The notes: generated by a model not told the origin, from the sequence alone. A stretch of 20,000 nt of DNA from an uncultured virus (IMG/VR IMGVR_UViG_3300042898_003763) (IMGVR_UViG_3300042898_003763); one strand, 5' to 3'. Numbered from the stretch's first letter, positions 1 through 9,295 are shown. Program-made: numbers and translations.

Positions 1-180
1 TGGATCATATCTAGATGTTATTGAAAAAACAACCTTATACTTAGGAGCCTCTGCAATCAATTTATCTTTAATGTTATCAATTGATTGTAAATTTGAATAT
101 ACTCCTACTATAGTTTTACGCTTAACACGATTAATCTTATCCAAATATTTTACTTCAAGAATATATTGGTTTGGGATCAT
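1..180 (-). CDS. Hypothetical protein, truncated at the window edge (MIPNQYILEVKYLDKINRVKRK...)
   Basis: Manual translation: ATG at 180-178 overlaps the upstream stop (ATGA) and the frame stays open to position 1. Confidence 0.75.
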   Translation of the reverse strand, partial: MIPNQYILEVKYLDKINRVKRKTIVGVYSNLQSIDNIKDKLIAEAPKYKVVFSITSRYDP

Positions 181-455
181 GTAATTTTCTTATCCATTGT
201 TGTCGTCTGCGTAATAGTTTCATATAAAGTTTCGAACTCTTCGTGTTCTTCTAATTCTTGTTTAAAGTTTTGCCGATGATATACTTTTGCCATGCGCCTA
301 AATGTTTTCTTCGAAAGATTTTGTTCTTCACAAATGTCCTCGATTGCTTGTTTGATTAGATCTCGCTCTGCATCCATACGAGTCATAGAATTGCTAATTT
401 CTTTCATGCAATCAAAAATTGCCTTACGGTCATTTGGATTTGATGGTACTGTCAT
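177..455 (-). CDS. dsbA: T4 DsbA-like double-stranded DNA-binding protein
   Basis: 92 aa helical protein with KEISNSMTRMDAERDLIK...KKTFRRMAKVYHRQNFKQE..EFETLYE, resembling the phage DsbA family; AAGGA RBS; RNase H nearby as in T4. Confidence 0.75.
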   Translation of the reverse strand: MTVPSNPNDRKAIFDCMKEISNSMTRMDAERDLIKQAIEDICEEQNLSKKTFRRMAKVYHRQNFKQELEEHEEFETLYETITQTTTMDKKIT

Positions 456-483
456 AATGTTCCTTTAATAAAATAATATAATA

Positions 484-1254
484 TTACAAACGTCGTTCAA
501 TATCTTCTTCAATACAATCTTCACCATATTGAATCTCTACAATTTTAAGAGGGACTACACTCTCGTTACATAATTGATGCCAGTCGGTTGTCGCAATATG
601 CAAACTATCAAACTTATTATATACCCCTAATAGCTCTGCGTCTGTAGTCTTTTCGTCCAAAGTATATACAGTTGCTGTACCTTCTGCAATGAACCAATGC
701 TCTGCTCTTTTTGCATGCTTCTGCATACTTAAACATTTGCCCGGCAATACTGTAAGTTCCTTTACTTTCACTTCATTGGTGTAATTTTGCAAAATGCGAT
801 AATACCCCCATGGACGTTCAGTTTTCGGGGACTTCCATTCCTCTAAAATCCAAGAACTAGAATTTTGTTTATTATCCCCACCTATGCCGAAAGCAAATTC
901 TAAATTAGAATCATCAAACGCAATCTCCGGAATATTATTATATGTCCTATCTCCGCCGTTTGCGAAAATAATTTTTTCGACTGGAAAAAAATTCCTAACC
1001 TTTTTAATTGCATCTTTTGCTGTACCGTCCGCATCATCAAACGCAATAGTCCAATCAACAAATTTTAAATTATCAAGAATTGCCTGTCTCTCATTAAAAG
1101 GCATAAATGCTTTGCCTTTTTTGCGAACAAGCCAATTATCAGAATTTAGGCCTACAATCAAAGTACTGCCCATACTTGCAGCAGTTTTTAAATATGCAAT
1201 ATGGCCACTATGAACAGGATCAAAGCCGCCGGTTACTAAAACAACTGTTTTCAT
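484..1254 (-). CDS. Fusion of a cytidylyltransferase-like (HxGH) nucleotidyltransferase and a type II mannose-6-phosphate isomerase-like cupin
   Basis: N-terminal GGFDPVHSGH, GLNSD, RKKG, FANGGDR and NSSS motifs (TagD/RfaE-C-like); C-terminal ERPWGYY, LSMQKHAKRAEHW, WHQL and IVEIQYG..EEDIER typical of the ManC C-terminal cupin. Confidence 0.88.
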   Translation of the reverse strand: MKTVVLVTGGFDPVHSGHIAYLKTAASMGSTLIVGLNSDNWLVRKKGKAFMPFNERQAILDNLKFVDWTIAFDDADGTAKDAIKKVRNFFPVEKIIFANGGDRTYNNIPEIAFDDSNLEFAFGIGGDNKQNSSSWILEEWKSPKTERPWGYYRILQNYTNEVKVKELTVLPGKCLSMQKHAKRAEHWFIAEGTATVYTLDEKTTDAELLGVYNKFDSLHIATTDWHQLCNESVVPLKIVEIQYGEDCIEEDIERRL

Positions 1255-1634
1255 TATCGCCTCATACTAGAAATGTCTTTTGCTTCTTGGTCTGTAAAAA
1301 TGGGAACCGCATTAGACTTATGCATTGTTCCGATACCTAAAATTTTATCGCCAGTATACTTCATAGGCGCACGTATTGTGACAGCACCTACATGACCCGT
1401 ATCTAGACTTTTAATGTGTTTTGTACTACGATCTTCAGGTACAGCTAACTGATAGGAGAGCTGCTTAAATGGCTTTTTAGCTTTGACAGGAGCCGCACCA
1501 TGTGAGGCTAAAATTTGATTCCAACTAGATTCGAGATCCCGAGCTTTTTTTGCTTGCTCGGAATTTCGATATTTTTGCTTGCCTTTTTTCTTGCCCGTAG
1601 AAGATAACCAAGGCCCAACCAAATGCATAGACAT
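1254..1634 (-). CDS. Basic hypothetical phage protein
   Basis: 126 aa ORF directly behind a consensus promoter; C-terminal YTGDKILGIGTMHKSNAVPIF resembles a motif I recall from T4-like phage hypotheticals. Confidence 0.8.
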   Translation of the reverse strand: MSMHLVGPWLSSTGKKKGKQKYRNSEQAKKARDLESSWNQILASHGAAPVKAKKPFKQLSYQLAVPEDRSTKHIKSLDTGHVGAVTIRAPMKYTGDKILGIGTMHKSNAVPIFTDQEAKDISSMRR

Positions 1635-1661
1635 AACATTTCCATTATCAAGTAAAATTAT

Positions 1662-1690
1662 ATTATAACATCTTTTTCAATATTTGTCAA
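1662..1690 (-). promoter_or_regulatory. Consensus sigma70 promoter with extended -10
   Basis: Minus strand TTGACA-N17-TATAAT with TG before the -10, about 28 nt upstream of the ATG at 1634. Confidence 0.88.
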
Positions 1691-1793
1691 ATGCTCTGTA
1701 TTGCTTTATGTTAAAATCTCTTGCATCATATTGGGGATCTGGAGGCATCGTTCCTACGTCTGACCATTTTTCAGTTGGTTCCGGTATAGGTTC

Positions 1794-1857
1794 TTCTTTG
1801 AACCAGGTCAGGAAGCGTTCAAAGAAACCTTCTTTTTTGACGGAGCAGCCTTTACCT
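1794..1857 (-). promoter_or_regulatory. Putative -1 programmed ribosomal frameshift signal
   Basis: In-frame A_AAA_AAG (1838-1832), SD-like AAGG ending 10 nt upstream, 5-nt spacer, then a 10-bp stem TTCTTTGAAC/GTTCAAAGAA; -1 frame open to 1677. Confidence 0.65.
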
Positions 1858-2311
1858 TAATAACTGGTTCTGCTACAGCTTCTCGTACAGGTAAAAGCTC
1901 AGGATATGCTTCTCTAACCAAATCTTCAGTAATTGATTTGTATTTAGTTTGTAGCTTTTTATCTTTTGCTAAACAAACTGCTTCAGCCTCTGACCAATGG
2001 ATGCCTTCCAATAGTTGAATAAATAGTTGTTCTTTTCGTTGTTTAGAAAGATTGACATCGCGATTTAGCCAAATATAAAAGCGACGAAATTCTGAAAACA
2101 AATTTGTCTCAGAATATCCTGCCGGAATTGATGTATCTTTCTTAAATGGCGGTTCGCCTTCGGGCAAATCCATTTTAATCATAGGATCAAAATTGATTCG
2201 AAGAATTCCTCTCACAACCATTGCATCATATGCTCGCAACACTTTAATTTTTGTTTCTCGTGTAACTGATTTTTCTACTTCTTCAAACACCTGGGGTACG
2301 GTTGTTTTCAT
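1808..2311 (-). CDS. Conserved T4-like phage hypothetical protein (DUF6433-like), probably with a -1 frameshifted isoform ending at 1677
   Basis: 167 aa; LPEGEPPFK and KEQLFIQLLEGIH..EAE...LAKDKKL motifs recalled from T4-like phages; abuts the RNase H gene. Confidence 0.8.
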   Translation of the reverse strand: MKTTVPQVFEEVEKSVTRETKIKVLRAYDAMVVRGILRINFDPMIKMDLPEGEPPFKKDTSIPAGYSETNLFSEFRRFYIWLNRDVNLSKQRKEQLFIQLLEGIHWSEAEAVCLAKDKKLQTKYKSITEDLVREAYPELLPVREAVAEPVIKVKAAPSKKKVSLNAS

Positions 2312-3193
2312 TTAAAATTCCTCGATTAATTCCATCATGTTTTTCATTTTGTTTTGAATGAAAAAATTTAATAGTTTGCTTTTATCTTTATTCGGCTGAC
2401 CAACATAACTATTTATAATGTTTTCTTTTACCGGTGCTGGGATGTGCTCAAAACTAACTAACATCTTATTGCGTTCATAATTCTTTGCAAATTCTATATC
2501 CTGCGGCATTTGATCTTTATCTTTATACCAAATATCCATTTTCTTTTGCATAATAGACTTTTGTCTAGTACCGGTTACAATACTATCATCTGCAGACAGT
2601 ACATTAGGAATACCGTCACCCTTATCACCTTTTATGATATGCTCAAAAATATATTGTTCAGGGCTTATATCCGGTTTAATAAATTTCTTTTGAATTGGAG
2701 AATATTGATGAATGTTTTTCCATTTTTGTAATTGAATAAAATCGTGATCACCTGAAAGAATCAAAAATGGTTTTGGTTCTCTGAATAATAAAGTCTCCAT
2801 GTCATTTGATTGTGACCACTCTGCAAGTACCGCAATGACATCATCCGCTTCCGCCCCGTCAATGTCAATAACTTTATATGGAAAATATGTATGCAGTTCT
2901 TCCCGAATCATAGTTAACGCTTCGAAAATTAATTTCCAATCTAGACCAGATTCTTCTCTAGCTTTTTTTCTGCCGGCTTTATAATATTGGAACTCTTGTC
3001 TACGCCAATAGTTTCGATTGTCGCAGGCGATAACCATTTCACCATATTTTGCTCCGAACTTTTGATTATATCCTCTGATCGAATTTAAAATCATATGTCG
3101 AAGTAACGGTACATCAATGTCAATATCTTTTCGACCACCTACTTCCGCCATCAAATTAGAAATGGCGGTTTGATTAAAATCTATAACTATCAT
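2312..3193 (-). CDS. rnh: T4-type RNase H / 5'-3' exonuclease (FEN-like)
   Basis: Motifs IDFNQ, YWRR..YYKAGRKK, EADDVIA, ILSGDHDFIQLQ, IIKGDKGDGIPNV, NYERNKMLV. Confidence 0.95.
   Translation of the reverse strand: MIVIDFNQTAISNLMAEVGGRKDIDIDVPLLRHMILNSIRGYNQKFGAKYGEMVIACDNRNYWRRQEFQYYKAGRKKAREESGLDWKLIFEALTMIREELHTYFPYKVIDIDGAEADDVIAVLAEWSQSNDMETLLFREPKPFLILSGDHDFIQLQKWKNIHQYSPIQKKFIKPDISPEQYIFEHIIKGDKGDGIPNVLSADDSIVTGTRQKSIMQKKMDIWYKDKDQMPQDIEFAKNYERNKMLVSFEHIPAPVKENIINSYVGQPNKDKSKLLNFFIQNKMKNMMELIEEF
2410..2417 (-). promoter_or_regulatory. T4-type late promoter TATAAATA
   Basis: Exact TATAAATA on the minus strand inside the 3' end of rnh, about 100 nt upstream of the 2311 start. Confidence 0.55.
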
Positions 3194-3204
3194 AATATAA
3201 TTTC

Positions 3205-4134
3205 CTAAACGGTAAAATCGGTATCCTTAACTGCAATTTCATTTCCAAACGAATCGTAATATACTTCACCCGATCTCTGTTTATCTAAATCTGATACATA
3301 TGGTGTTAATGTATTTCTAACATCTGGATTTAGTGTTAGATTAAAAACTTGATTACCGCATCCGGACAATAAATTAAACACGATCTGTGTTATCTGCGAA
3401 GTAACCGCATTTCGTATAGCTGCTCTATTGATTAGATTTGAAAATGTAAAATTAAAATTTGTAACTTCTGCCTGAAACGATGCCAATGCTGTTTGATATG
3501 ATGTATACCCTACTGCATTCTCAATTTTTAATTTAAGTGCAGCGATAAGATCTCCATTCTTAAGAGAATCTATTAAATTTTGCAAATCAATATCTGGCAC
3601 ATCTTGATTTGGTGCGCAGCCTGAACCTAGTAGATCCTGTAAAGAACATCCTCCTGCAGTAGATGCTCCCGATTGTGGGCCTATGCCGGATAATCTATCA
3701 GTATAATCTTTATATTTTGTGAATGAACTTATGCCTTCAGTTAATGCAGTTTTCTCCTCAAGCAAAGAAATTCTTTCTTCAGTACCTAATCCGATAAATC
3801 CTAATCTAGCATCAACCGCATCTAATCTTGTTTGCATTACACTTGTCGTGCCCGATAGTGCGGTACCCAAAGGATTAATATATAATTGATTACCCAATCT
3901 TTCCAATATATCGGAATAATCATTTACGGCTCGTTGTGCATCATTAATTGTATTTGTAACCTTATCAATTAAATCTTTTACCTCAGTCAATCCAGTGGGA
4001 AGCAAACCGGATCGTGCACTTATCATAGGCATACCCTGGCTCAGCTGAGAATATACTTGCTGAAGTGGGTTGCCACCTATTTGGGATAAAACAATTTTAA
4101 TTAATTGACAATAGGTTAACTTTAAAACTGACAT
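3205..4134 (-). CDS. Hypothetical protein, possibly a virion component
   Basis: 309 aa helical ORF with GAGG RBS; late-promoter-like GATAAATA at 4170-4177. Confidence 0.75.
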   Translation of the reverse strand: MSVLKLTYCQLIKIVLSQIGGNPLQQVYSQLSQGMPMISARSGLLPTGLTEVKDLIDKVTNTINDAQRAVNDYSDILERLGNQLYINPLGTALSGTTSVMQTRLDAVDARLGFIGLGTEERISLLEEKTALTEGISSFTKYKDYTDRLSGIGPQSGASTAGGCSLQDLLGSGCAPNQDVPDIDLQNLIDSLKNGDLIAALKLKIENAVGYTSYQTALASFQAEVTNFNFTFSNLINRAAIRNAVTSQITQIVFNLLSGCGNQVFNLTLNPDVRNTLTPYVSDLDKQRSGEVYYDSFGNEIAVKDTDFTV

Positions 4135-4137
4135 CTA

Positions 4138-5274
4138 TTACCTCACCACTTTTAGAATTATTGTTTCTATATTTATCCTACCATTTACTTCTTGTTCTTT
4201 GGATTTAATACTATCAATAAATGTTCTAAGTTTTACTTTGCCCGATGCCAATAAGTCTTTAAGTTGTTCGTCGGGTTTACGCAATGTTTTTTGCTTAGAT
4301 TTTTCCGGAGTCCAATTTTGTAATGTGGATCCTTTTACTGTCATACCTTTTGTAGATTCGGAAGTATATACTGCAAGCTTTCTTGTTTTAGTATTAAACA
4401 ACCATACTTGAGCTGCACCAATAATATCAATAGGACGTTCTGATTCAAGTTTAAGTTCTTCATCCTTCATTTTATATTTTACCGATTTAACTTGTATTGC
4501 TGGAGGTTTTTCTCTAACTGCTTGAACTTTGCGATTGGCTTTTTTAAATTGACCATACTTATCGCAATCTTCAATGAAAGTTTCAAACAGCTTAACTATG
4601 TTTTTTAATTTTCTCTTATTGATATTGGAATAGCCTTCAATCAATTGAGAATCCTCGCCGTCAGCTACAGATGAATATTCCGATAACTTAGATTCCGCCC
4701 ATACTTTAACATCTGGTACGTAAGGCGCAGGGATTTGCTTACCCTTTAAATCTGCATAAAGTGAGAAGTCTTTATCGTCAAAAATATATTCATCGATTGA
4801 CCCTTCCAAATCACCGATATATTCTTTTGCTTTTAATTTAGTAGCTTCTTGAATATTGATACTGGGTACAATCGATTGTTTTGTTACTTCCGGTTGAATC
4901 TTTTTTTCTTCAGTAAACTTACTTAGCAATTGTGTAATATTATCTTCAAGCCGTTTAGTATGATCGTTGGATACACTACCACCTCGAATGATAATACGAG
5001 CAATCCATCCTAAGGTGGTAGTGATACTACCCTCATCTACTTTTTGAAATAGCTTATAGTCTTTATTTCTAAACTTCTTAACATAGTCCAAATAATACTT
5101 ATAAGCATCACTACGTTTCTTTTCTGCACTGTACCAATTAAATACTACTTGAATTTCTTCCTTATACGATGCAGACTCCCCTTCCAATTTACCATACGCG
5201 GGCTCTGCTCCGGTAAGCATACTGGCAGCAGCTTTTGATGCAATAGTATTAGTAGTATTTTTTCTGGTAGCCAT
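4138..5274 (-). CDS. Conserved T4-like phage hypothetical protein
   Basis: 378 aa; C-terminal WLFNTKTRKLAVY..TVKGSTL..KTLRKP..NGRIN; function not recognised. Confidence 0.8.
   Translation of the reverse strand: MATRKNTTNTIASKAAASMLTGAEPAYGKLEGESASYKEEIQVVFNWYSAEKKRSDAYKYYLDYVKKFRNKDYKLFQKVDEGSITTTLGWIARIIIRGGSVSNDHTKRLEDNITQLLSKFTEEKKIQPEVTKQSIVPSINIQEATKLKAKEYIGDLEGSIDEYIFDDKDFSLYADLKGKQIPAPYVPDVKVWAESKLSEYSSVADGEDSQLIEGYSNINKRKLKNIVKLFETFIEDCDKYGQFKKANRKVQAVREKPPAIQVKSVKYKMKDEELKLESERPIDIIGAAQVWLFNTKTRKLAVYTSESTKGMTVKGSTLQNWTPEKSKQKTLRKPDEQLKDLLASGKVKLRTFIDSIKSKEQEVNGRINIETIILKVVR
4170..4177 (-). promoter_or_regulatory. Late-promoter-like NATAAATA
   Basis: GATAAATA on the minus strand, 36 nt upstream of the ATG at 4134; one mismatch from the T4 consensus. 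Confidence 0.45.
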
Positions 5275-5595
5275 TTACATTCCTATAGAAAATTTAATAT
5301 CGGTAATTGCGTCGAATCTAAAAGAGCGCCATTCTTTCTTTTCTAAATCGAATACAGACAACACCGACTCGTTTTCTTTGCGAATTCGGGATGTCTTCTT
5401 TTCATAAGTAGGAATTTTGTTTTCGATTAGAGTACATTTCATTTCCCTAATAGTATCATCTTTCTTCTTAAAAGTCAAGTTAACTATAGAAAGAGTTAAC
5501 ACATTCTTAATCCATTCACGGAATAGTTGTTGTTCCTTTTCTTCTGCTTTAGCATACCATTCGTACGGGTGCTCAAATGTCGATTTCGAATTCAT
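5275..5595 (-). CDS. SH3-like beta-barrel protein (WYL_2/DUF2693-like)
   Basis: FKKKDDTIREMKCTL and VFDLEKKEWRSFRFD signatures; GGAGG RBS and its own promoter. Confidence 0.75.
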   Translation of the reverse strand: MNSKSTFEHPYEWYAKAEEKEQQLFREWIKNVLTLSIVNLTFKKKDDTIREMKCTLIENKIPTYEKKTSRIRKENESVLSVFDLEKKEWRSFRFDAITDIKFSIGM

Positions 5596-6673
5596 TTTTA
5601 ACTGCCTCCAAGATTGTCTCTACACGATTGTCTACATGATTATTATAACAGGAAACTTCGTGTCTGTCAAGCACTCCTTTGGGTCCTCGACTATCAAACA
5701 AATCATTTGCTCGTTTGGTTATTTCTTGTGGATTTTGAATATCATAATAATCGTAAAATAATACATGATCCCACAAATCTATAATATTTTTATGATATTT
5801 TACTGATCTAGGGATAATGGGAATACCGCCAGTAATTAATGCATCATATATTCTAATAGGGGCATCATTTAATACAGGCACAATCCAATGAGATTTATGC
5901 GAACACCATTCTGTAAATCTTTCTAGAATATCCCGTCCGTGGTAAGAGCCATCTACAAGTTTAACACTTGTTAAATGTTGATTTAATATTTTTAAATTCT
6001 TTTGCCTTAGAGGAAATTGCGGATATTCTATATGTGTACCCAATGGCGCATCTGATCTTTTGGTTTTTACAATAATGTTTTTATTTTCTTTCAGAAAATC
6101 CTTAGACCATTGAATTGTACCTGAGGAAACAGGGCCGGCCATCACATTATTATATCTGGATAATATTTCTAAATTATCGCTATGGGTTGGTACGTAAAGA
6201 TCGCAACATGCTGCAAGTACACCAGATAATGCAAACCAATGATGATTGTCAAAATCCCAAATTACAAATATTGACGTTGGTGAATTTAAATATAGTGCAA
6301 TAAATTTATCTAACGTATTATCAACCATAACATTATTATTACTTAAAATAATAATGGAGTTTTCAAAACTATCTGGCGCCGTTTGCATATTGAAAAAATT
6401 AATTTTTGAATTAATTGGTTTATGCGTCACTGCATGAAAAATATGATCAGTAATATAAATCTGTTTACTGTAGTTTGCTTTAATTGTTTCTTTTAATTGG
6501 CGATTACGAATATTTTTAGTAACAATCATATTGTAAATATCATCATTTTGCGAGATTGCGCTAGATGATGCGATATGTTGAGCAATTTGATTGGCTGCTG
6601 CATTCGCTCTACCTATTAGTTCGGGCAAAGCGGGCATAGAAGTATTCGCCGGCATATTATAAAATACCGACAT
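5573..6673 (-). CDS. Hypothetical protein, possible glycosyltransferase (GT-B/CgeB or exostosin-like C-terminus)
   Basis: 366 aa; IWDFDNHH and IRIYDALITGGIPII resemble the R..EA...G.IP motif of those families. The ORF is solid; the function is weak. Confidence 0.5.
   Translation of the reverse strand: MSVFYNMPANTSMPALPELIGRANAAANQIAQHIASSSAISQNDDIYNMIVTKNIRNRQLKETIKANYSKQIYITDHIFHAVTHKPINSKINFFNMQTAPDSFENSIIILSNNNVMVDNTLDKFIALYLNSPTSIFVIWDFDNHHWFALSGVLAACCDLYVPTHSDNLEILSRYNNVMAGPVSSGTIQWSKDFLKENKNIIVKTKRSDAPLGTHIEYPQFPLRQKNLKILNQHLTSVKLVDGSYHGRDILERFTEWCSHKSHWIVPVLNDAPIRIYDALITGGIPIIPRSVKYHKNIIDLWDHVLFYDYYDIQNPQEITKRANDLFDSRGPKGVLDRHEVSCYNNHVDNRVETILEAVKNEFEIDI
5642..5670 (-). promoter_or_regulatory. 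Consensus sigma70 promoter inside the upstream CDS
   Basis: TTGACA-N17-TATAAT with TG extension, 47 nt upstream of the ATG at 5595. Confidence 0.85.
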
Positions 6674-6846
6674 TATCGTCCTCGCCCAGCTTTTCTCACA
6701 ATAGCTTTATTGATAGTGTTCACATGCTTAGGTCTTGCAGCAACAAGCATCTGTTCAAGATCTACCATTGTTTTAGAATGTAGTTTAGGTTTACCTGTTT
6801 TAGTTTTGTTTGGATCTCTTGCGGCAGTACCTTTTTTTGTAGACAT
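6673..6846 (-). CDS. Small basic protein, 57 aa (MSTKKGTAARDPNKTKTGKPKL...KAGRGR)
   Basis: Manual translation; GAGGAG RBS; stop overlaps the next start (TAATG). Confidence 0.8.
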   Translation of the reverse strand: MSTKKGTAARDPNKTKTGKPKLHSKTMVDLEQMLVAARPKHVNTINKAIVRKAGRGR

Positions 6847-6856
6847 TAATTTCTCC

Positions 6857-7573
6857 TCAGTTTAATATACCAACACTTTCCATAAATTTTAAATTACGTT
6901 GAGTGTCTTCCCAATTTTTAATATTATAAATGCTTCCCAATTTTTTGTCAATTATGACTTTGCCTAACGGCCAATCGTTACCTACGACATCCATCCTATC
7001 ACCAAAGAAATGGATATCCGTATCTGTAATATATTTTAGGACCTGTGACTTATCGCAACCCTTTTCAAAAATATCAATACCAGTTTCTCCGCCTACGACT
7101 GCTTGCACATTATCCCACGTGCTATTAATATATTTGCAAATACTTGCTCGCTCTTGATGCTGTAAATCCCAATGGTAGTAATGATCTCGTTGTGCACCAA
7201 TTGCGCCCCTACCCACAACAGAAAAATTTAGCATACCTATTCGGTTTTCTAAATGATTCCCATATCTAAATGTATACTTAGAATTTGATAATACCTCTTC
7301 GAGGTATTCTTTTAGATCACTAGGGCAAGACCAGGCAGACTGGTAAATTAATTTGCCTTGTTTATATATCGCATTGCCGGAACAATTGAAGGAGTACTCA
7401 ACACTATGTACTATATCTTCGCCTAATTGTTCTAATGTTTTTTGAAGATCAGATCCGGTGACTAGCGCCACCGGATTCTGTTTAATGAAGTTTAAAAACC
7501 ATAGTTTAAATTCATGATCCATTTTGCCTCTGCTTGGTGTCAGAGTACCATCCACATCAAATATAAAATACAT
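6857..7573 (-). CDS. Eukaryote-type phosphomannomutase-like HAD-IIB enzyme
   Basis: FDVDGTLTPSR, LVTGSDL.K..EQLG, ENRIGMLNFSVVGR, GGETGIDIF..GCDK and FFGDRM...GNDW match PMM1/2/Sec53-type motifs. Confidence 0.88.
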   Translation of the reverse strand: MYFIFDVDGTLTPSRGKMDHEFKLWFLNFIKQNPVALVTGSDLQKTLEQLGEDIVHSVEYSFNCSGNAIYKQGKLIYQSAWSCPSDLKEYLEEVLSNSKYTFRYGNHLENRIGMLNFSVVGRGAIGAQRDHYYHWDLQHQERASICKYINSTWDNVQAVVGGETGIDIFEKGCDKSQVLKYITDTDIHFFGDRMDVVGNDWPLGKVIIDKKLGSIYNIKNWEDTQRNLKFMESVGILN

Positions 7574-7585
7574 AATTATTTGTTA

Positions 7586-7858
7586 TTAATCTTTATCTGA
7601 CGATTCTTCTTTCTTATCTTTATTCAGAGCAGAAATACCTAGAACCGCACCCATTGCCATATGAAAAAATCCACCACCCTGCAGTGTTAATGGTGCCCAT
7701 TGTCTAAAGGCATCATTTGCCGCTTCGTTTTCCCAAAATTGTATCGCACTCCATAAAACGGGTGCACCCATAAAATCAAATAAGCAAATTAACATATAGG
7801 TAACACCCATCCAAGCTTTCCAGTTATTCTCCATAAATTCTTTATCAAATTTAACCAT
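7586..7858 (-). CDS. Small membrane protein with two hydrophobic segments
   Basis: AAGGAGGT RBS; hydrophobic WMGVTYMLICLFDF and GGGFFHMAMGAVLGI; charged C-terminal tail. Confidence 0.75.
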   Translation of the reverse strand: MVKFDKEFMENNWKAWMGVTYMLICLFDFMGAPVLWSAIQFWENEAANDAFRQWAPLTLQGGGFFHMAMGAVLGISALNKDKKEESSDKD

Positions 7859-7914
7859 ACTACCTCCTTGTTGTTATTATTATAGTTATAACAAAGAGCA
7901 TGCTCAAAATTTTA

Positions 7915-8859
7915 TTAATTTATACTTATCCAAACAGTTCCGTTATATACCATTAACTTATTGGTTGATGTATCAAAAAACATTGCGCCAGGTATAAAAT
8001 TATTCACTGAAGTAAATGCTGTGTTTGCGTTAGCTTGATTCGCATAAGTTGGCATTGATATCGTTTTAATATTAGTATCGGATGATTCTAGTAAAGCGAT
8101 CGCAGTCGCATTAGATCCAACAACAATATTTGCATTTGCGCCGACACTATTATTTGCATTAATTGTAATATTTGGAGATGAACTATATCCACCAGTACCG
8201 GCATTTACAAGAATAATACGATCAATATAACCATACCCTAAATTAGCACCAAACACAGCATTTTGTCCAACATTGCCGTCTAAACGATTGACTATAATAT
8301 TTGGAGCTTGGAGATAACCATTTCCATTATCTAGAATAGTAAAGCCTGCAACCAAATTAGCAACAATGATTGGTGCAATGTTTGCATGTCTACCTCCAGA
8401 AACTAACGTTCCTCCAGACACGGTAACATTTGCACGACCGTAATTATTACCTAAACCAAAATCCCCGTAAATTTCTTTTAATTTATAGTGTATAACTAAA
8501 TTAGCAATAGCGCCGGTTGAACTTTGATTTTCTATTACTACATTCGATAATGCCGAGTAGTTATTCCCCGAGGTTAGTACAGAAATCGATCCTAATTTAT
8601 TAAATGTACCAAAAAAGTTAGGTATTACATTTCCAGTAGCTGTAGCAGTGAATTGATCGATGTTCAACAATCCGGTAATCGCAGATGTTTTATCGGCATT
8701 AGATAGTATTGAAGTAACGCCGTTAGGAATAGATATAAGTAGATCTACATTAGATCTACTTTCGGTATTAGCAATTCCTCCTAAATTTTTAGCAGTAGTT
8801 ATCCCCATCTGCGATAGGGTTTTTACTAAAGATCGTTTTTGTTTTAATTTTGTTGCCAT
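7915..8859 (-). CDS. Putative virion structural / fibre-associated protein
   Basis: N/G/A/I-rich with repeated I.....G.GY...P.I.I units and C-terminal PGAMFFDTSTNKLMVYNGTVW; downstream of a late promoter. Confidence 0.65.
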   Translation of the reverse strand: MATKLKQKRSLVKTLSQMGITTAKNLGGIANTESRSNVDLLISIPNGVTSILSNADKTSAITGLLNIDQFTATATGNVIPNFFGTFNKLGSISVLTSGNNYSALSNVVIENQSSTGAIANLVIHYKLKEIYGDFGLGNNYGRANVTVSGGTLVSGGRHANIAPIIVANLVAGFTILDNGNGYLQAPNIIVNRLDGNVGQNAVFGANLGYGYIDRIILVNAGTGGYSSSPNITINANNSVGANANIVVGSNATAIALLESSDTNIKTISMPTYANQANANTAFTSVNNFIPGAMFFDTSTNKLMVYNGTVWISIN

Positions 8860-8868
8860 TTATTTGCC

Positions 8869-9240
8869 TTATTTTTTTATAGCAGGCTTTTTGGGTTGTC
8901 CTGTATTCGGAGCCGGCTTTTTACCAGATTGCTTATTCGCATTTGTATTAGCTTTTGGCTTATAATACTTTTTTCTTGGTTTTTCTTGCGTAGTTGGTTG
9001 TTTTACTGATTCTGCAGGGGCAGAAGGTGCAATTTTAGCATCTACTGTGTCAACTACAATTGGTTTTTCTTCAACTACCGGTTGCGGTGGTTCTACATAC
9101 GTAGAAACTGGTTCTCCCGTATACTTATTTGTGGCAGAATCCAACGGATGTGTCTTTTCGTCATCGGGTGTTTTCAGAAAAGTATAACTAATAAATACCG
9201 CAATTCCTAAAGCGATAATAGCAATGATGATAAGTTCCAT
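8869..9240 (-). CDS. Single-pass membrane protein with a Pro/Lys-rich tail
   Basis: N-terminal hydrophobic helix LIIIAIIALGIAVFISYTF; GGAG RBS. Confidence 0.8.
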   Translation of the reverse strand: MELIIIAIIALGIAVFISYTFLKTPDDEKTHPLDSATNKYTGEPVSTYVEPPQPVVEEKPIVVDTVDAKIAPSAPAESVKQPTTQEKPRKKYYKPKANTNANKQSGKKPAPNTGQPKKPAIKK

Positions 9241-9295
9241 ATTTTCTCCAATTTCAGTTTGTAATTTCGCAATTCATTATGATTAGCGACTACAT

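Noticed and set aside
7586..7858. Holin call for the 90-aa membrane protein
   Set aside because: Size and topology are compatible, but there is no adjacent endolysin and no diagnostic motif I can confirm.
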